Positions 20,162 through 31,189 of a DNA stretch of 64,000 nt are shown in pieces (the stretch's first letter is position 1; every line of letters begins with the position of its first letter). The notes under the pieces are model-generated. The model saw only the letters and a program-made list of their open reading frames with translations. It ran no database searches and was not told where the DNA came from. This DNA is from Candidatus Cloacimonadales bacterium. Its GTDB lineage: Bacteria > Cloacimonadota > Cloacimonadia > Cloacimonadales > JAIOQZ01. The stretch is from assembly GCA_963665815.1 (NCBI GenBank), contig OY762463.1, positions 3,616,001-3,680,000 of the forward strand, given 5' to 3'. The position numbers were made by a program, and so were the translations under genes.

Positions 20162-23100
20162 TTACTTCAGCATCAGCATTTTCTTAGTTTGTGTTGTTTC
20201 AGAGGTTTGCAGTCTGTAGAAGTATGTTCCACTTGAAACTGAGTTTCCTCTGTCATCTTTACCATTCCAGGTAACCTTATGGTTATCTGCTTCCATTTCT
20301 TCACTTATAAGTGTTCTTACTTTCTGTCCGTTGATATTGTAGATAGCAAGTTCTACGTTTCCGGCTTTCTTAAGTGAGAATTCAATGTGTGTAGTAGGAT
20401 TGAATGGGTTAGGATAGTTACCTTTAAGTTCTGTTACAAGATTTACATCATCAGGATCGTTTGCAACTTCTTCAAATGTGAAATCAAAATCTGGAGCTGC
20501 TGCGGTACCTGTTTCATATACTGCTGTGATTGTAGCAGTAAGTTGTTCTCCAATGTTAAATCCTGTCACTGTGAAGAATGTATCTGATGTTGTTTGATTA
20601 ATAATATCAATTTCAACTCTGAAATACATGAATGCACGTTCGTCTTCTTCATTATCAGAATCTCTTTCAACATAAGATGATCCTTCAACAAGTGCTGTTT
20701 CACCATCTGCTCTGGTTCCATAAATTCTGTCACCATGTTGCCAAACAAGAATACGATCATTGTTAAGCCATTGGATGTTTGTTGGAGCAATAAGGATTTC
20801 ATCAAGAGTAACATCAACAGGAGTATTGTCACCATTTACAATAACAATATTCTGTTGTTCGTGAATGTTACAGTCCGGAAGTGAAGCTGTAAGATTGTAT
20901 GTTCCCGGAAGAACCTCGTTGAGAAGAACAACACCGGTATCATCTGATGTTTCAGTATATGTGTTTGTTCCGTCAGTAAGTTCAACAATTGCACCGGTTG
21001 GTGAACTGAGGTTTGTTGTTATATTAACTGTGAAATGACCATATTCGTTAAGAATAATATCAAGATCAACAGTTGCATCCGCAGCTATAACTACGTTAGA
21101 TTCAGTTTGATCAATATAACCATCTTTAGTTGCATTAACAGTATATGTTCCCGGTGTAACCTGTACAAATGTGTAGTTACCTTGTGCATCTGTTGTTGTT
21201 GTAATAGCAAGTTGTTCGATTTCAACAAGAGCTCCGGCAACTTCAACATTAGCATGATCGTAAACAGTACCCATGAGGATTGCACCCTGAGTCATTGTGA
21301 AGTTTACGTCAGTAAGGTTGTCCTGAGTTACTACGACATTAGTTTGTGTATTGTTATCATAATTTGTCAAACTTGCAGTTACTGTATATGTTTCAACAGG
21401 AACATTAAGGAATTGATAGAATCCATTATTACCTGTATATTGAACAGACTGGAGTTCTTCAATCAGTACTTGAGCGTTAAACAGTGGGTTGCCGTTAATG
21501 TCACGTACATAGCCCTGAATACCTGTTTGTGATGCTTGAACGTTCACTGGAAGTGGTGCAGAAGCATCATTACCAGGACCTTCGTCACCGGCAAGAACAA
21601 CTTTACCGAAGATATTCTGATTTCCTTCCATTCCTGCTTGAGGAATCCAGGTGATAACATAATCATTAATCTGATCATGTGCAATTGTAGTACCTGCAAT
21701 AGTTCCGAGTTCGGTATCAGGAGCAAGCATAAGTTTTACATCATAAGTTGATTGTGTGTTAAGACCATTATTTCTTACGGAAATTGTATAATCTGAAGGT
21801 GATCCAACCATTGGAGTTGTGTTACCAATAACTGTAATAACTGTAAGATCATCGTCTGGTGGTGTTGTAATATTAACTCCAACATCATCAAGGTATAGGT
21901 TAGGACCGTATCCTGAAATACCATCAAACTTAAGATAGATTGTCTGACCACTATATGCATCAATATTTACGGTTTCCTGAACAAAAGTACCAGGAGCTGT
22001 ACTTTGAGCACCATCATTAGATTCAAACAGAGAATCCTGAATTGACCATACAACAGTCCAGTTTGATTGATCTGTTGATACTGACACTTCAAAAGCATCA
22101 TCCGGATATGAAGTATTGAATGTGTGTGACCATTTGAAAAGAAGGTCTGCGTTTCCTGTTAATGCGATTGGTGGTGAGTATAATTCAGCATTACCAGTGC
22201 TCCAGCTCCAGAAGTTTGCGAATATACTTCCTGAACCTGCATCTTCAGCCCATTGCTGAGTACCACCATAGCTCCAGCCACGTGGCTCAAGTGGGAATGA
22301 TGAGAAATCTTCTGTCCATGGGAAGTTAGTAACTGTTGGATCAGGTCTTGTTGTGAATGACCATACAGGGCATCCTGTAGCATCACCATTAGTGTTATAA
22401 GGTACTACAGTCCAGTAGTAAGTAGTATTGAATGCAAGTCCTGAGAAGTCGTAAGTTTGTACGTTACCAAGATCTGTTCCATTTTCAATGTTTGTAGGTG
22501 GGTTATCTGACCCAAAGAAGAGTTTATAACCGGTTGTTCCTCCAGTAGTATTCCATCTGAGTGTGCCCATTTCGATAATTTCATTAGCACCATCAGCAGG
22601 AGTATCAGCTGTTGAGCATCCAGGAGGTGTTGAAACGCTGAAAACAGTAGCATTATCAACGTAGAAGTTAGGACCATAGCCTGTGTAACCTACTACATCA
22701 ATGTATATCGTTTGTCCAAGATAACTGTCAAGATTGAATTCAGCATAAGTAAATGTACCTGGAGCAGTGTTCGCAGCTCCATCGTTTGAATCGAAGTTAG
22801 TTCCACCAAGAGTCCATTCCATGTTCCAGTTAACTCCATCAGTAGAAACTAATACTGCTGCAGAGTCTGTAGGATATGTAGTGCTGTATAAGTGAGACCA
22901 GTTGAAACCAAAGCTGTAAGAACCTGTAGCAGGGAGGGCTATTGGAGGTGTAACCATATGAGCTTCACCATCGCTCCAACCCCAGAAATTACAGTATGCG
23001 GATCCTGATCCTGAATCTTCTGCCCACAGTCTTGATCCAGCAAAGACCCAGTCTTGTAGTGGCCATACGCTGAAATCTTCAGTCCATGGGAAAGTAGATA

Positions 23101-25627
23101 TGGTTGGATCAGCTCTTACAGTGAATGATCTTACAGGACATCCTGTAGGTTCACCGTTTGTATTGTAAGGAGTTACCATCCAGTAGTAAGTTGTTCCGAA
23201 AGTTAATCCTGAGAAGTCATAAGATAAAGCTGCTCCAACATCAAGACCATCTTCTATGTTAGTAGGAGGATTATCTGTACCAAGAGAAACTTTATAGCCT
23301 GTTGCACCTTGTGATCCACTCCAAGTCAGTGTTCCAGCTTCAATAATGTCAACAGCCATATCAGCAGGAGTATTCAGTGCGTTACATGCAGGTGCTGTAA
23401 CATTATCATAAATAGCAATATCATCTATCGCTATATCACCATAAAAACTGTCTGTACCAATTGCATTGAATCTCAAGGTCAGGTCGCTTGCAGAGAAAGA
23501 TGTTAAATCAATATTAACTTCTGACCATGCAGGAGAATATCCGTATGTAGCAACGCCATTATTCCATGAACCATTTGAATATATATCAATGCTCAATGTT
23601 GATTGAGCCTGCTCAGCCTGAGCTACATCACCATTCCAGAAAAAGAATGATACTACAGGACTTGTTAGACCGGTAACATCAAACGGAGAAGTTGCAATAG
23701 CTGCGTTGTCTTGACCTGTACCGCTGTCATCAAATCCAAGGAAGTTACCTGAACCTGTTGTATTATCCATATCTGCAGCGTAATCAATTGTTGTTAAAAT
23801 ATTCCACATATCTTCAAGACTTTCATCATGTGTCCATGCAGTTGGGATACCATTTTCAAAGTCTTCATTATAAGGGAAGGTATTAATTGTAGGATTACTT
23901 CTTGTTGTGAATGTCCATTCAGGACATCCTGAAGCATCGCCTGAAGCATTCTGAGGTATCACTTTCCAGAAATACTGAGTATCATAAGCTAATCCACCGT
24001 AATCAAGTGTTAATGAATCAACTACAACATCGTTGTAAACATCGTAATTACCTGTGGATGATCCAAGAGAAACTTTGTAGCTTGTTGCAAGCTGGGCAGA
24101 GTTCCATCTTAATGTTCCAAATTCAGTTACTGTTGTGGTGTCTGTTGGAGCAACGCTGGTTGTACAACCAGGAGGGTTAGCTACATTCATAACTGAAACG
24201 TTGTCAATAAACACATCAGGACCATATCCTGAAGCTGCGTAGAAGTTAACAATTACTGTTTGTCCTGCGTATGCAGAAAGATTGTATGAGTAATTTACAA
24301 AAGTACCAGGAGTAATATTACCTGCACCGTCATTTGAGTCAAGGTCAGGACCAACTTCTGAGAAGATTTCAGTCCAGTTTACACCATCAGTAGATATAAG
24401 CACTGCAAGTGAGTCGTTTGGATATGTTGCGCTATAAAGACTTGACCAGTCGAACATAAAGCTGTAGTTGCCTTGTGCAGGCACAGCTATTGGAGGTGTA
24501 ATCATTTGAGCAATGCCGTCACTCCAACCCCAGAAATGACAATATGCACTAACGGAAGCAGAATGCTGAGCCCAGTCTCTATCACCGGCAAAAGTCCAGT
24601 CAACCGGAGGCCATACTGAGAAATCTTCTGTCCATGGGAAAGTAGAAATTGCACCGGCTTGTGTTCTGAAAGTCCATGTAGAGCCTTCAGTAGTGAATCT
24701 TGTGTTAGTGTTATGTAAAACAAGCTTCCACTCATAATCAGTTCCTGCTGTGAGACCTGAATATGAGTAAGAACCTGTTGTACCAGCAGCTGCACCTGTA
24801 ACAACTTCTGTCATGTTTCCTGCAGGTCCCAGCCACAGATCATAAGTATCTGTATCAATTCCGAAATCCCATGCAAGGTTTCCGTCTAAAGGTAATCCTT
24901 CACTACCATTTGCAGGAACAGGATTCTGAGCAAAACCGGGATATCCGGCTTCAATTGTATAGAATCTGATTGCAAGGTTGTCTGATAAGTTAGCTCCATC
25001 GTTGTAACAATATGTTAAACCGGTTGAGCCATCGGCATTTTCTATACCTACAGAACAACTATTTCTATCAATGATATCATCAATTTGCTGATACTGAATG
25101 AAGATTTCACCATTCTCGGTAAGAATAACCTGAGCAGTAACTTTACCACCACCATTATAAAGGTATTCATAATAATCGATAAATGAGATCAGGAAAGCAT
25201 TACCGCCATCAAAAGTGATGTTCTCATAATAAACTTGGGTTGCAAGAGTATCAAATCCCGGATCCATGTCATCCCAATACCATGCAATGAGGTTATTAGG
25301 GTTTGATGGATCAGGCATATCCTGATTTGATAGTGAAGATGTTCCACTGAATGATAAAATACCATCAGAAGAAACTGTAAGTGAATCATAAGAAACACCA
25401 TAAAAATTGAAGTTAAAACCAATAGGTACAGGATGTGTAGTCGTGTCATCCATACCTGTAATTAGTGTCGCATTAGCATTTGGTGTTATCCAATTGTAAG
25501 CAGGTCCGTTAACATCGTTACTGCTTATCCATGAATATCCAAAAGCATCCGGTCCACCTGAATTCTGACCGAATAAGATAGTACTGATTAACAAAGCTAT
25601 AGCGATTATAAATAGCTTTTTATTCAT
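20162..25627 (-). CDS. Large secreted surface protein B: NIDO-like, 4x(Ig + jelly-roll/MAM-like), CARDB-like, carboxypeptidase-regulatory-like, FN3-like, FlgD-Ig/T9SS-like C-terminal domain
   Basis: Start placed at ATG 25627 (RBS AAGGAGG; signal peptide MNKKLFIIAIALLISTILFG). Same architecture and same C-terminal domain as A. Confidence 0.88.
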   Translation of the reverse strand: MNKKLFIIAIALLISTILFGQNSGGPDAFGYSWISSNDVNGPAYNWITPNANATLITGMDDTTTHPVPIGFNFNFYGVSYDSLTVSSDGILSFSGTSSLSNQDMPDPSNPNNLIAWYWDDMDPGFDTLATQVYYENITFDGGNAFLISFIDYYEYLYNGGGKVTAQVILTENGEIFIQYQQIDDIIDRNSCSVGIENADGSTGLTYCYNDGANLSDNLAIRFYTIEAGYPGFAQNPVPANGSEGLPLDGNLAWDFGIDTDTYDLWLGPAGNMTEVVTGAAAGTTGSYSYSGLTAGTDYEWKLVLHNTNTRFTTEGSTWTFRTQAGAISTFPWTEDFSVWPPVDWTFAGDRDWAQHSASVSAYCHFWGWSDGIAQMITPPIAVPAQGNYSFMFDWSSLYSATYPNDSLAVLISTDGVNWTEIFSEVGPDLDSNDGAGNITPGTFVNYSYNLSAYAGQTVIVNFYAASGYGPDVFIDNVSVMNVANPPGCTTSVAPTDTTTVTEFGTLRWNSAQLATSYKVSLGSSTGNYDVYNDVVVDSLTLDYGGLAYDTQYFWKVIPQNASGDASGCPEWTFTTRSNPTINTFPYNEDFENGIPTAWTHDESLEDMWNILTTIDYAADMDNTTGSGNFLGFDDSGTGQDNAAIATSPFDVTGLTSPVVSFFFWNGDVAQAEQAQSTLSIDIYSNGSWNNGVATYGYSPAWSEVNIDLTSFSASDLTLRFNAIGTDSFYGDIAIDDIAIYDNVTAPACNALNTPADMAVDIIEAGTLTWSGSQGATGYKVSLGTDNPPTNIEDGLDVGAALSYDFSGLTFGTTYYWMVTPYNTNGEPTGCPVRSFTVRADPTISTFPWTEDFSVWPLQDWVFAGSRLWAEDSGSGSAYCNFWGWSDGEAHMVTPPIALPATGSYSFGFNWSHLYSTTYPTDSAAVLVSTDGVNWNMEWTLGGTNFDSNDGAANTAPGTFTYAEFNLDSYLGQTIYIDVVGYTGYGPNFYVDNATVFSVSTPPGCSTADTPADGANEIIEMGTLRWNTTGGTTGYKLFFGSDNPPTNIENGTDLGNVQTYDFSGLAFNTTYYWTVVPYNTNGDATGCPVWSFTTRPDPTVTNFPWTEDFSSFPLEPRGWSYGGTQQWAEDAGSGSIFANFWSWSTGNAELYSPPIALTGNADLLFKWSHTFNTSYPDDAFEVSVSTDQSNWTVVWSIQDSLFESNDGAQSTAPGTFVQETVNIDAYSGQTIYLKFDGISGYGPNLYLDDVGVNITTPPDDDLTVITVIGNTTPMVGSPSDYTISVRNNGLNTQSTYDVKLMLAPDTELGTIAGTTIAHDQINDYVITWIPQAGMEGNQNIFGKVVLAGDEGPGNDASAPLPVNVQASQTGIQGYVRDINGNPLFNAQVLIEELQSVQYTGNNGFYQFLNVPVETYTVTASLTNYDNNTQTNVVVTQDNLTDVNFTMTQGAILMGTVYDHANVEVAGALVEIEQLAITTTTDAQGNYTFVQVTPGTYTVNATKDGYIDQTESNVVIAADATVDLDIILNEYGHFTVNITTNLSSPTGAIVELTDGTNTYTETSDDTGVVLLNEVLPGTYNLTASLPDCNIHEQQNIVIVNGDNTPVDVTLDEILIAPTNIQWLNNDRILVWQHGDRIYGTRADGETALVEGSSYVERDSDNEEDERAFMYFRVEIDIINQTTSDTFFTVTGFNIGEQLTATITAVYETGTAAAPDFDFTFEEVANDPDDVNLVTELKGNYPNPFNPTTHIEFSLKKAGNVELAIYNINGQKVRTLISEEMEADNHKVTWNGKDDRGNSVSSGTYFYRLQTSETTQTKKMLMLK
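20523..20743. repeat. Near-identical coding tract shared by genes B and C (direct copy about 32060-32280)
   Basis: Encodes WQHGDRIYGTRADGETALVEGSSYVERDSDNEEDERAFMYFRVEIDIINQTTSDTFFTVTGFNIGEQLTATITA in both; only a few mismatches by eye. Confidence 0.88.
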
Positions 25628-25752
25628 ACTGATCCTCCTTTGTTTAGTTTGCATGCTAAGAGTAAAATTTGTTTTTTTGTAAAATGTAGTCAAATATTAA
25701 GATGGATATTTTTACTTATTGAAGTGTAAATGTATAATCAGAGCGACACTAT

Positions 25753-26631
25753 TTATTTACTCTTTTTTGAACGCATTTTAAATAATACCAAGTATAACCC
25801 CGGGATTGCAGGAAGAAATGCATTGAAGAAAAATATTGTCAATGCTGCAGTTACTGAGATCTCAGGAGAGATACTCAAATGCTTGAAGAAATATACTGCA
25901 AATACTTCTCTGAATCCAAGTCCACTATATGACACAGGAATGGTGTTTGATGCCATTATCAGGGATACAGAAAGGAATACATTCCAGAAGCTGATTTCAG
26001 CAAACTGATTAAGTATTACATAATATTGAATAAAAGTAAGGAGGACAAATATCATATGTGAGATAGTGATATTAGGTATAATTCTCAAAAAATTTATTGC
26101 CATATCGTCAATTTTCAGGAACTTAAGTCTGATAATCAAGTAAAGGATGAAAGGAGCTAAAGCACATAATACAAAAGCTGACAATTTAACTGCAAAATGT
26201 ATTTGAGGGAAAAAGTAAAATGAAGCAAATAACGCAAAAATTAAAGTCTTCCAAGTCAGAAAAAAAAGTTCAAAAAAAATCAAAATTGCAGAGCGCTTCT
26301 TGCTGTGATTTAAAAAGAATACTTTTCCAAAAGCTGCCTGAGTACCTGGTATAAGGAACCTTAAAGATAAACCGATCAAATGAGTTTTGAAGGCCTCATA
26401 CTTATTTTTTACATAAGAATTATCAACCCTGAGCAGACATTTCCAGTTGTAGTATTGAGAGTAAAGCTTAACTGAAGATGTCAAGATGAGAATTAACACG
26501 ACTGATAATTTGTATTCTGAAACAACGGTGATAAGTTCTTTGAAGTCAATTCTCCGGAAGACTAAGTACAACAGTACAACAGAAACTATTATCTTAAGAA
26601 GGAAGAATAAATTTTTTCTGTTAAACTTCAT
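25753..26631 (-). CDS. Lysylphosphatidylglycerol-synthase-TM / flippase-like membrane protein (YbhN/AglD2-like)
   Basis: LKIIVSVVLLYLVFRRIDF, multiple TM segments, IPVSYSGLGFRE motif; ATGA overlap with the upstream GT2 stop. Confidence 0.78.
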   Translation of the reverse strand: MKFNRKNLFFLLKIIVSVVLLYLVFRRIDFKELITVVSEYKLSVVLILILTSSVKLYSQYYNWKCLLRVDNSYVKNKYEAFKTHLIGLSLRFLIPGTQAAFGKVFFLNHSKKRSAILIFFELFFLTWKTLIFALFASFYFFPQIHFAVKLSAFVLCALAPFILYLIIRLKFLKIDDMAINFLRIIPNITISHMIFVLLTFIQYYVILNQFAEISFWNVFLSVSLIMASNTIPVSYSGLGFREVFAVYFFKHLSISPEISVTAALTIFFFNAFLPAIPGLYLVLFKMRSKKSK

Positions 26632-27698
26632 TTCCATTTCCAATTGCCTGTGTTACCCATAATTGAAAAGAATATAACAAAATATGGGAAGATGATCATA
26701 TATGGATAGTTCATGAAAGAGAAATTATGATTGTGTTTTTTACATGTTATGTAAATTAGATGATAGAATAACAGAGCAGTAAATATTATTGATGAAAGGA
26801 AAAATATTGAGGTCAGGTATTCTCCTTTCAGGATGTAAGTGAAAAGAAAAACAGGACTGAGCATATAGTAAAGAAATATACATATTGATAGAATCTGATA
26901 TGGAATATTACTCATCTTGAATTTTCCGGTATACCTCTTTACTCTGTTGAAATAGTTAGAACTTTCATGGGCTTTTACCATTGATAGGTAATTATAACTA
27001 ACTTTTCCACTGTTAGCTGCAACTTGCTTGAGGGTCAGTTTATCATCTCCTGATACATAGTTTTTTATCTTGTCGTAAACATTGTATCGGATAAGGAAAT
27101 CTCTCCTGACAGCCATGTTTCTTCCAGAACAGCTCATAGGTCTTCCTACTCCGACAGTACTGGCAAAAACTGACGTGCTGAACCAACGAAAAATCTGCAT
27201 GAAAAATCTACAGCCTACCTCTATTGATGCTCCTATTGACATGGTAATAGACGAATCCATAAAATGATTATAAGATTCTAACCAGTTATTTTCCGGAGAG
27301 CAATCAGCATCTGTAAAAACAACAATATCTTTCACTGCTTTTCCAACAGCAAATTTAAGAGCAGCTTTTTTCCCCTTATACTCAGTGCTTTTTTTTTCAA
27401 GCCGGAAGCATTTTGCATAGGGATTTTCTTTGCAGAAATTCTGCATTAAATCAAAGGTAGTATCTGTTGAAGCATCATCCACAAGTATTATCTCATAATC
27501 ATCATAAGCAAGTTTGCCTAAGCCATCAAATAGAACACGGATTCTGGATTCTTCGTTTCTTGCAACAGCAATAACGGAATATGAGTTATGTGTCATTTTC
27601 AATTCTTTCAGTCGATATACACCACTGATAAAGAAAATGATCATAAACCAGAACAGAACCGAAAATAATGTATATACTATTAATAATGATTGATCCAT
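26628..27698 (-). CDS. Glycosyltransferase family 2, membrane-bound
   Basis: SVIAVARNEE, IILVDDASTD.T, GKKAAL, FTDADC, SGDD; N- and C-terminal TM segments. The start could be 27740 instead. Confidence 0.88.
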   Translation of the reverse strand: MDQSLLIVYTLFSVLFWFMIIFFISGVYRLKELKMTHNSYSVIAVARNEESRIRVLFDGLGKLAYDDYEIILVDDASTDTTFDLMQNFCKENPYAKCFRLEKKSTEYKGKKAALKFAVGKAVKDIVVFTDADCSPENNWLESYNHFMDSSITMSIGASIEVGCRFFMQIFRWFSTSVFASTVGVGRPMSCSGRNMAVRRDFLIRYNVYDKIKNYVSGDDKLTLKQVAANSGKVSYNYLSMVKAHESSNYFNRVKRYTGKFKMSNIPYQILSICIFLYYMLSPVFLFTYILKGEYLTSIFFLSSIIFTALLFYHLIYITCKKHNHNFSFMNYPYMIIFPYFVIFFSIMGNTGNWKWK

Positions 27699-27870
27699 GA
27701 TACTCTCAATGTTTGTAGATAAAAATCTGATGAGTTTCATCAGCTTTCAATTTATTCTCAAAAGTGTTTTTTTAATGAATATGTCAAGGTACAAAATGGA
27801 GTTCCGAATAATCAGCATTTTTTATTGACTTTTTTGGGCAGTACTCAATATGTTTTTTCAGGAGAAAAAT

Positions 27871-28578
27871 ATGAAAAAGACTTTTTTACTGCTGGCACTG
27901 TTTTCAGTGCTGTTATGGGGCTGCAAAAGCAGTGGATCTACAGAACCATCAGGGAACAACAATTCTTCGGATTTTTCTGATTATGACTATCAGCTGGATT
28001 TGAGTATTGTACAAGTACCTTACATGGATGGGCTGAGAAGTTATGGATATACTGATATTTTCATGAGATGTAAGGATGATACGGAGTTAACTAATTTCAC
28101 CTGTACAATAAATGGTGTTCAATGCAGTACAGAATGGGTTGTATATACAATCTCAGATAAAAAAGGATACAATATCTGGGGTGTTGAAATGTTTGCTGAC
28201 TCAATATATTCTGTCAGTATTCAATCGGATGAACTCAATAAGGAACTAACTGTCAGTCTTCCATCTGCAACAGAAGCAGTCTGGCCGGTTGATTTTGATT
28301 CTGCTGGTGATTTTACTGTCAGCTGGGCATCTGATCTTGATTGTGAAGTTCAGAGACTTTTATTAACATGCTATGAAGATTCTTATGTGAATGGGATAGA
28401 GTTTAACTATGAAATTGATACTGCAGAAAGAGGATACACAATACCTGCAAACACAATTAGTTCATCATATACTACTCAGGAGTTTGAACTGAGAAGAATA
28501 AATTTCAAAGCATCCGGAGAATTTGTTCTCACGGCAAGGATAGTTGATAAGTTTTCATATTCGTGTATAATCTGCTGA
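27871..28578 (+). CDS. Hypothetical lipoprotein
   Basis: RBS AGGAG; MKKTFLLLALFSVLLWG-C lipobox-like signal followed by a Ser/Asn linker. Confidence 0.72.
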   Translation: MKKTFLLLALFSVLLWGCKSSGSTEPSGNNNSSDFSDYDYQLDLSIVQVPYMDGLRSYGYTDIFMRCKDDTELTNFTCTINGVQCSTEWVVYTISDKKGYNIWGVEMFADSIYSVSIQSDELNKELTVSLPSATEAVWPVDFDSAGDFTVSWASDLDCEVQRLLLTCYEDSYVNGIEFNYEIDTAERGYTIPANTISSSYTTQEFELRRINFKASGEFVLTARIVDKFSYSCIIC

Positions 28579-28657
28579 TTTCACTACATGGAAGCGTGAC
28601 TTCCTTAAGAATGAAACTGTAATAAATGCTGTTAATTTGATTTTAGTATTATAAATG

Positions 28658-28685
28658 AAAAGCCTGCTGTATGACCAGCAGGCTT
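28658..28685 (-). terminator. Intrinsic terminator between the convergent lipoprotein gene and leuS
   Basis: AAGCCTGCTG-tatgac-CAGCAGGCTT with an A-run on the left. Confidence 0.68.
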
Positions 28686-28708
28686 CAACTTTATGTGATG
28701 TTATCGTC

Positions 28709-31189
28709 CTAATTTCCTGTAACTATACTTACCAGTTTCTTAGGTACAACAATTATCTTTCTGATTTCTTTACCATCAGTATATTTTTTTACATTTTCCT
28801 GAGCCAGAGCAAGTTCTTTCAGTTCATCCTGGCTGATAGAAGCGGAAACTTCAAGTTTTCCCCGTACTTTACCCATCACCTGAACAACATATGTGATTTT
28901 ATCTTTTATAAGGTAAGCATCATTATGTCTGGCAATACCATGTGTATGAAGCATTTGAGTGTGTCCAGCCATTTCCCATAGCTCCTCACAGATATGAGGT
29001 GCAAAAGGATACATAAGCTGAGGAATAACATTAATCGCTTCTGCAAATACCATCTGATCATCAGCAGAAAGCTTTTCAGGATTCTTTATGGCAGTAATAT
29101 TGTTAAGATGTTCCATTACTGCCGCAACAGCTGTATTGAACTGCATTCTATCCTGAATATCCTCATTAACTTTCTTTATAGTATAATGAGTACTGTATCT
29201 AAGTTTCTTCATCTTATCCGAAATTTCTTCACAAGGGAATGAAACTCTATACTCTTTTAGGATATCAATATTTTTATCAAATACTCTCCAAATTCTGTTA
29301 AGGAATCTGAATGCTCCGACAACACCTTCATCACTCCATTCCACATCTTTTTCAGGTGGGGATGCAAACAGCATGAATGTACGTACAGTATCTGCACCGT
29401 AACGATCAATGTAATCTTTAGGATCTACAACATTACCTTTTGACTTTGACATTTTAGCACCATCTTTAATAACCATACCCTGAGTAAGGAGTCTTGCAAA
29501 CGGTTCGTCTGTCTTCACTAATCCGAGATCACGCATGAATTTGTGGAAGAATCTTGCATAGAGCAGGTGCATGCAGGCGTGTTCAATACCTCCGATATAC
29601 TGGTCAACCGGCAGCCAGTAGTCAGCATTACCTTTGCTGAATGCTTCATTGCTGTTAGAAGCATCGCTGTAACGTGCAAAATACCAGGAGCTGTCTACGA
29701 ATGTATCCATTGTATCAGTCTCTCTTCTTGCAGGTTTACCACATTTTGGACATTTTACATTAACCCAGTCTTCAACAGAAAGCAGTGGATTTTGTGTAGT
29801 TTTTCCAATGGCTACGTTTTCCGGAAGTTCAACAGGGAGATCTTCATCCGGTACAAGAACTACACCGCAGTCATTGCAATAAACAACAGGAATAGGATTG
29901 CCCCAGTAACGCTGGCGGGAAATACCCCAGTCTCTGAGTCTGTAGTTTATTGTATTCCTACCTTTAAGCTGGTCTTCTAACCAGAGAGAGATTTCATCCT
30001 TAGCATCACTGCTTACTTTATTATTGAATTGTCCTGAATTAACCATTATTCCGGGTTGGGTATATGCTTCAACCATATCATCAAGTTCAAGATCACCTTC
30101 AGGAGTCTGAATCACTATTTTCATGGGGATATCATATTTTGCTGCAAATTCAAAGTCACGTTGATCATGTGCAGGAACAGCCATTACAGCTCCTGTTCCA
30201 TAGTCCATTACAACATAGTTTGTTACCCAGATCTGTACTTTATCACCATTAGCAGGATTAATACAGTATCTCCCGGTGAAGAATCCTTCTTTCACGGTTT
30301 CATCGGAAGTTCTGGCAATCTTATCTTCATTCATGATTTTCTGACAGAATTTTTTGAATTCACTGTCTTCCGGTTCTTCTTGAAGCCATTCAGAAACAAA
30401 TGGATGTTCAGGAGGAACTGCCATGAAAGTTACACCGAAAATCGTATCCGGTCGTGTTGTGAATACAGGGATTATTTTATCTGCTCCTTCGAGAGTAAAG
30501 TTAATTTGTGTACCAATACTTTTACCAATCCAGTTAGTTTGCATTGTTACAACTCTCTCCGGCCAGTCTATTACATTATTGAAATCAAGAAGTTCTTCGG
30601 CGTATTCAGTGATTTTGAAAAACCACTGCTCCAGTTCTTTCTGTACAACTTCTTTACCACATCTCCAGCATGATCCGTCTTCTACCTGCTCATTGGCAAG
30701 AACAGTCTGACACTCTTCACACCAGTTCTGGAAGGACTTTTTCTTATAGGCCAGTCCTTTTTCATACATTTTCTTGAAGAACCACTGTCCCCACTTGTAG
30801 TAGTCCGGACGGCAAGTACTGACTTCGCGGTTCCAATCAAACCCGAATCCCATACTCTCAAATTGCTTTTTCATGATACTGATATTATCTTCGGTGGTAA
30901 TTTTCGGATGAGAATTATGCAGAATTGCAAAGTTCTCTGCCGGCATACCGAAAGAATCGTATCCCATAGGCTGCATGACATTGTAACCCTGCATCATTTT
31001 GTATCTTGAAACTGCATCTCCAATAGAATAATTAGAGACATGTCCCATGTGCAGAGCTCCGGATGGGTATGGGAACATGGAAAGAACGTAATACTTCTTT
31101 TTATCTTTATCTTCTGTTGGATTGAAAATATTTTCATCTTTCCATTTCTGCTGCCATTTTTTTTCTATTTTATTGAATGGATATTCCAT
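28709..31189 (-). CDS. leuS: Leucine--tRNA ligase
   Basis: MFPYPSGALHMGH (HIGH motif), FTTRPDT editing domain, GTGAVMAVPAHDQRD, YIGGIEHA, KMSKS. Confidence 0.98.
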   Translation of the reverse strand: MEYPFNKIEKKWQQKWKDENIFNPTEDKDKKKYYVLSMFPYPSGALHMGHVSNYSIGDAVSRYKMMQGYNVMQPMGYDSFGMPAENFAILHNSHPKITTEDNISIMKKQFESMGFGFDWNREVSTCRPDYYKWGQWFFKKMYEKGLAYKKKSFQNWCEECQTVLANEQVEDGSCWRCGKEVVQKELEQWFFKITEYAEELLDFNNVIDWPERVVTMQTNWIGKSIGTQINFTLEGADKIIPVFTTRPDTIFGVTFMAVPPEHPFVSEWLQEEPEDSEFKKFCQKIMNEDKIARTSDETVKEGFFTGRYCINPANGDKVQIWVTNYVVMDYGTGAVMAVPAHDQRDFEFAAKYDIPMKIVIQTPEGDLELDDMVEAYTQPGIMVNSGQFNNKVSSDAKDEISLWLEDQLKGRNTINYRLRDWGISRQRYWGNPIPVVYCNDCGVVLVPDEDLPVELPENVAIGKTTQNPLLSVEDWVNVKCPKCGKPARRETDTMDTFVDSSWYFARYSDASNSNEAFSKGNADYWLPVDQYIGGIEHACMHLLYARFFHKFMRDLGLVKTDEPFARLLTQGMVIKDGAKMSKSKGNVVDPKDYIDRYGADTVRTFMLFASPPEKDVEWSDEGVVGAFRFLNRIWRVFDKNIDILKEYRVSFPCEEISDKMKKLRYSTHYTIKKVNEDIQDRMQFNTAVAAVMEHLNNITAIKNPEKLSADDQMVFAEAINVIPQLMYPFAPHICEELWEMAGHTQMLHTHGIARHNDAYLIKDKITYVVQVMGKVRGKLEVSASISQDELKELALAQENVKKYTDGKEIRKIIVVPKKLVSIVTGN

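Noticed and set aside
19995..20219. 74-aa ORF in repeat R copy 2
   Set aside because: It runs antisense through gene B's terminator and 3' end, and its frame is not conserved in copy 1.
18769..20467. Diversity-generating retroelement (VR/TR pair with downstream hairpin)
   Set aside because: No reverse transcriptase in the window, all copies are coding gene ends, and mismatches are not confined to adenines of one copy.
29543..30710. Plus-strand ORFs up to 205 aa inside leuS, and similar short ORFs nested in other long genes
   Set aside because: Antisense or out-of-frame shadows with no recognisable motifs or RBS.
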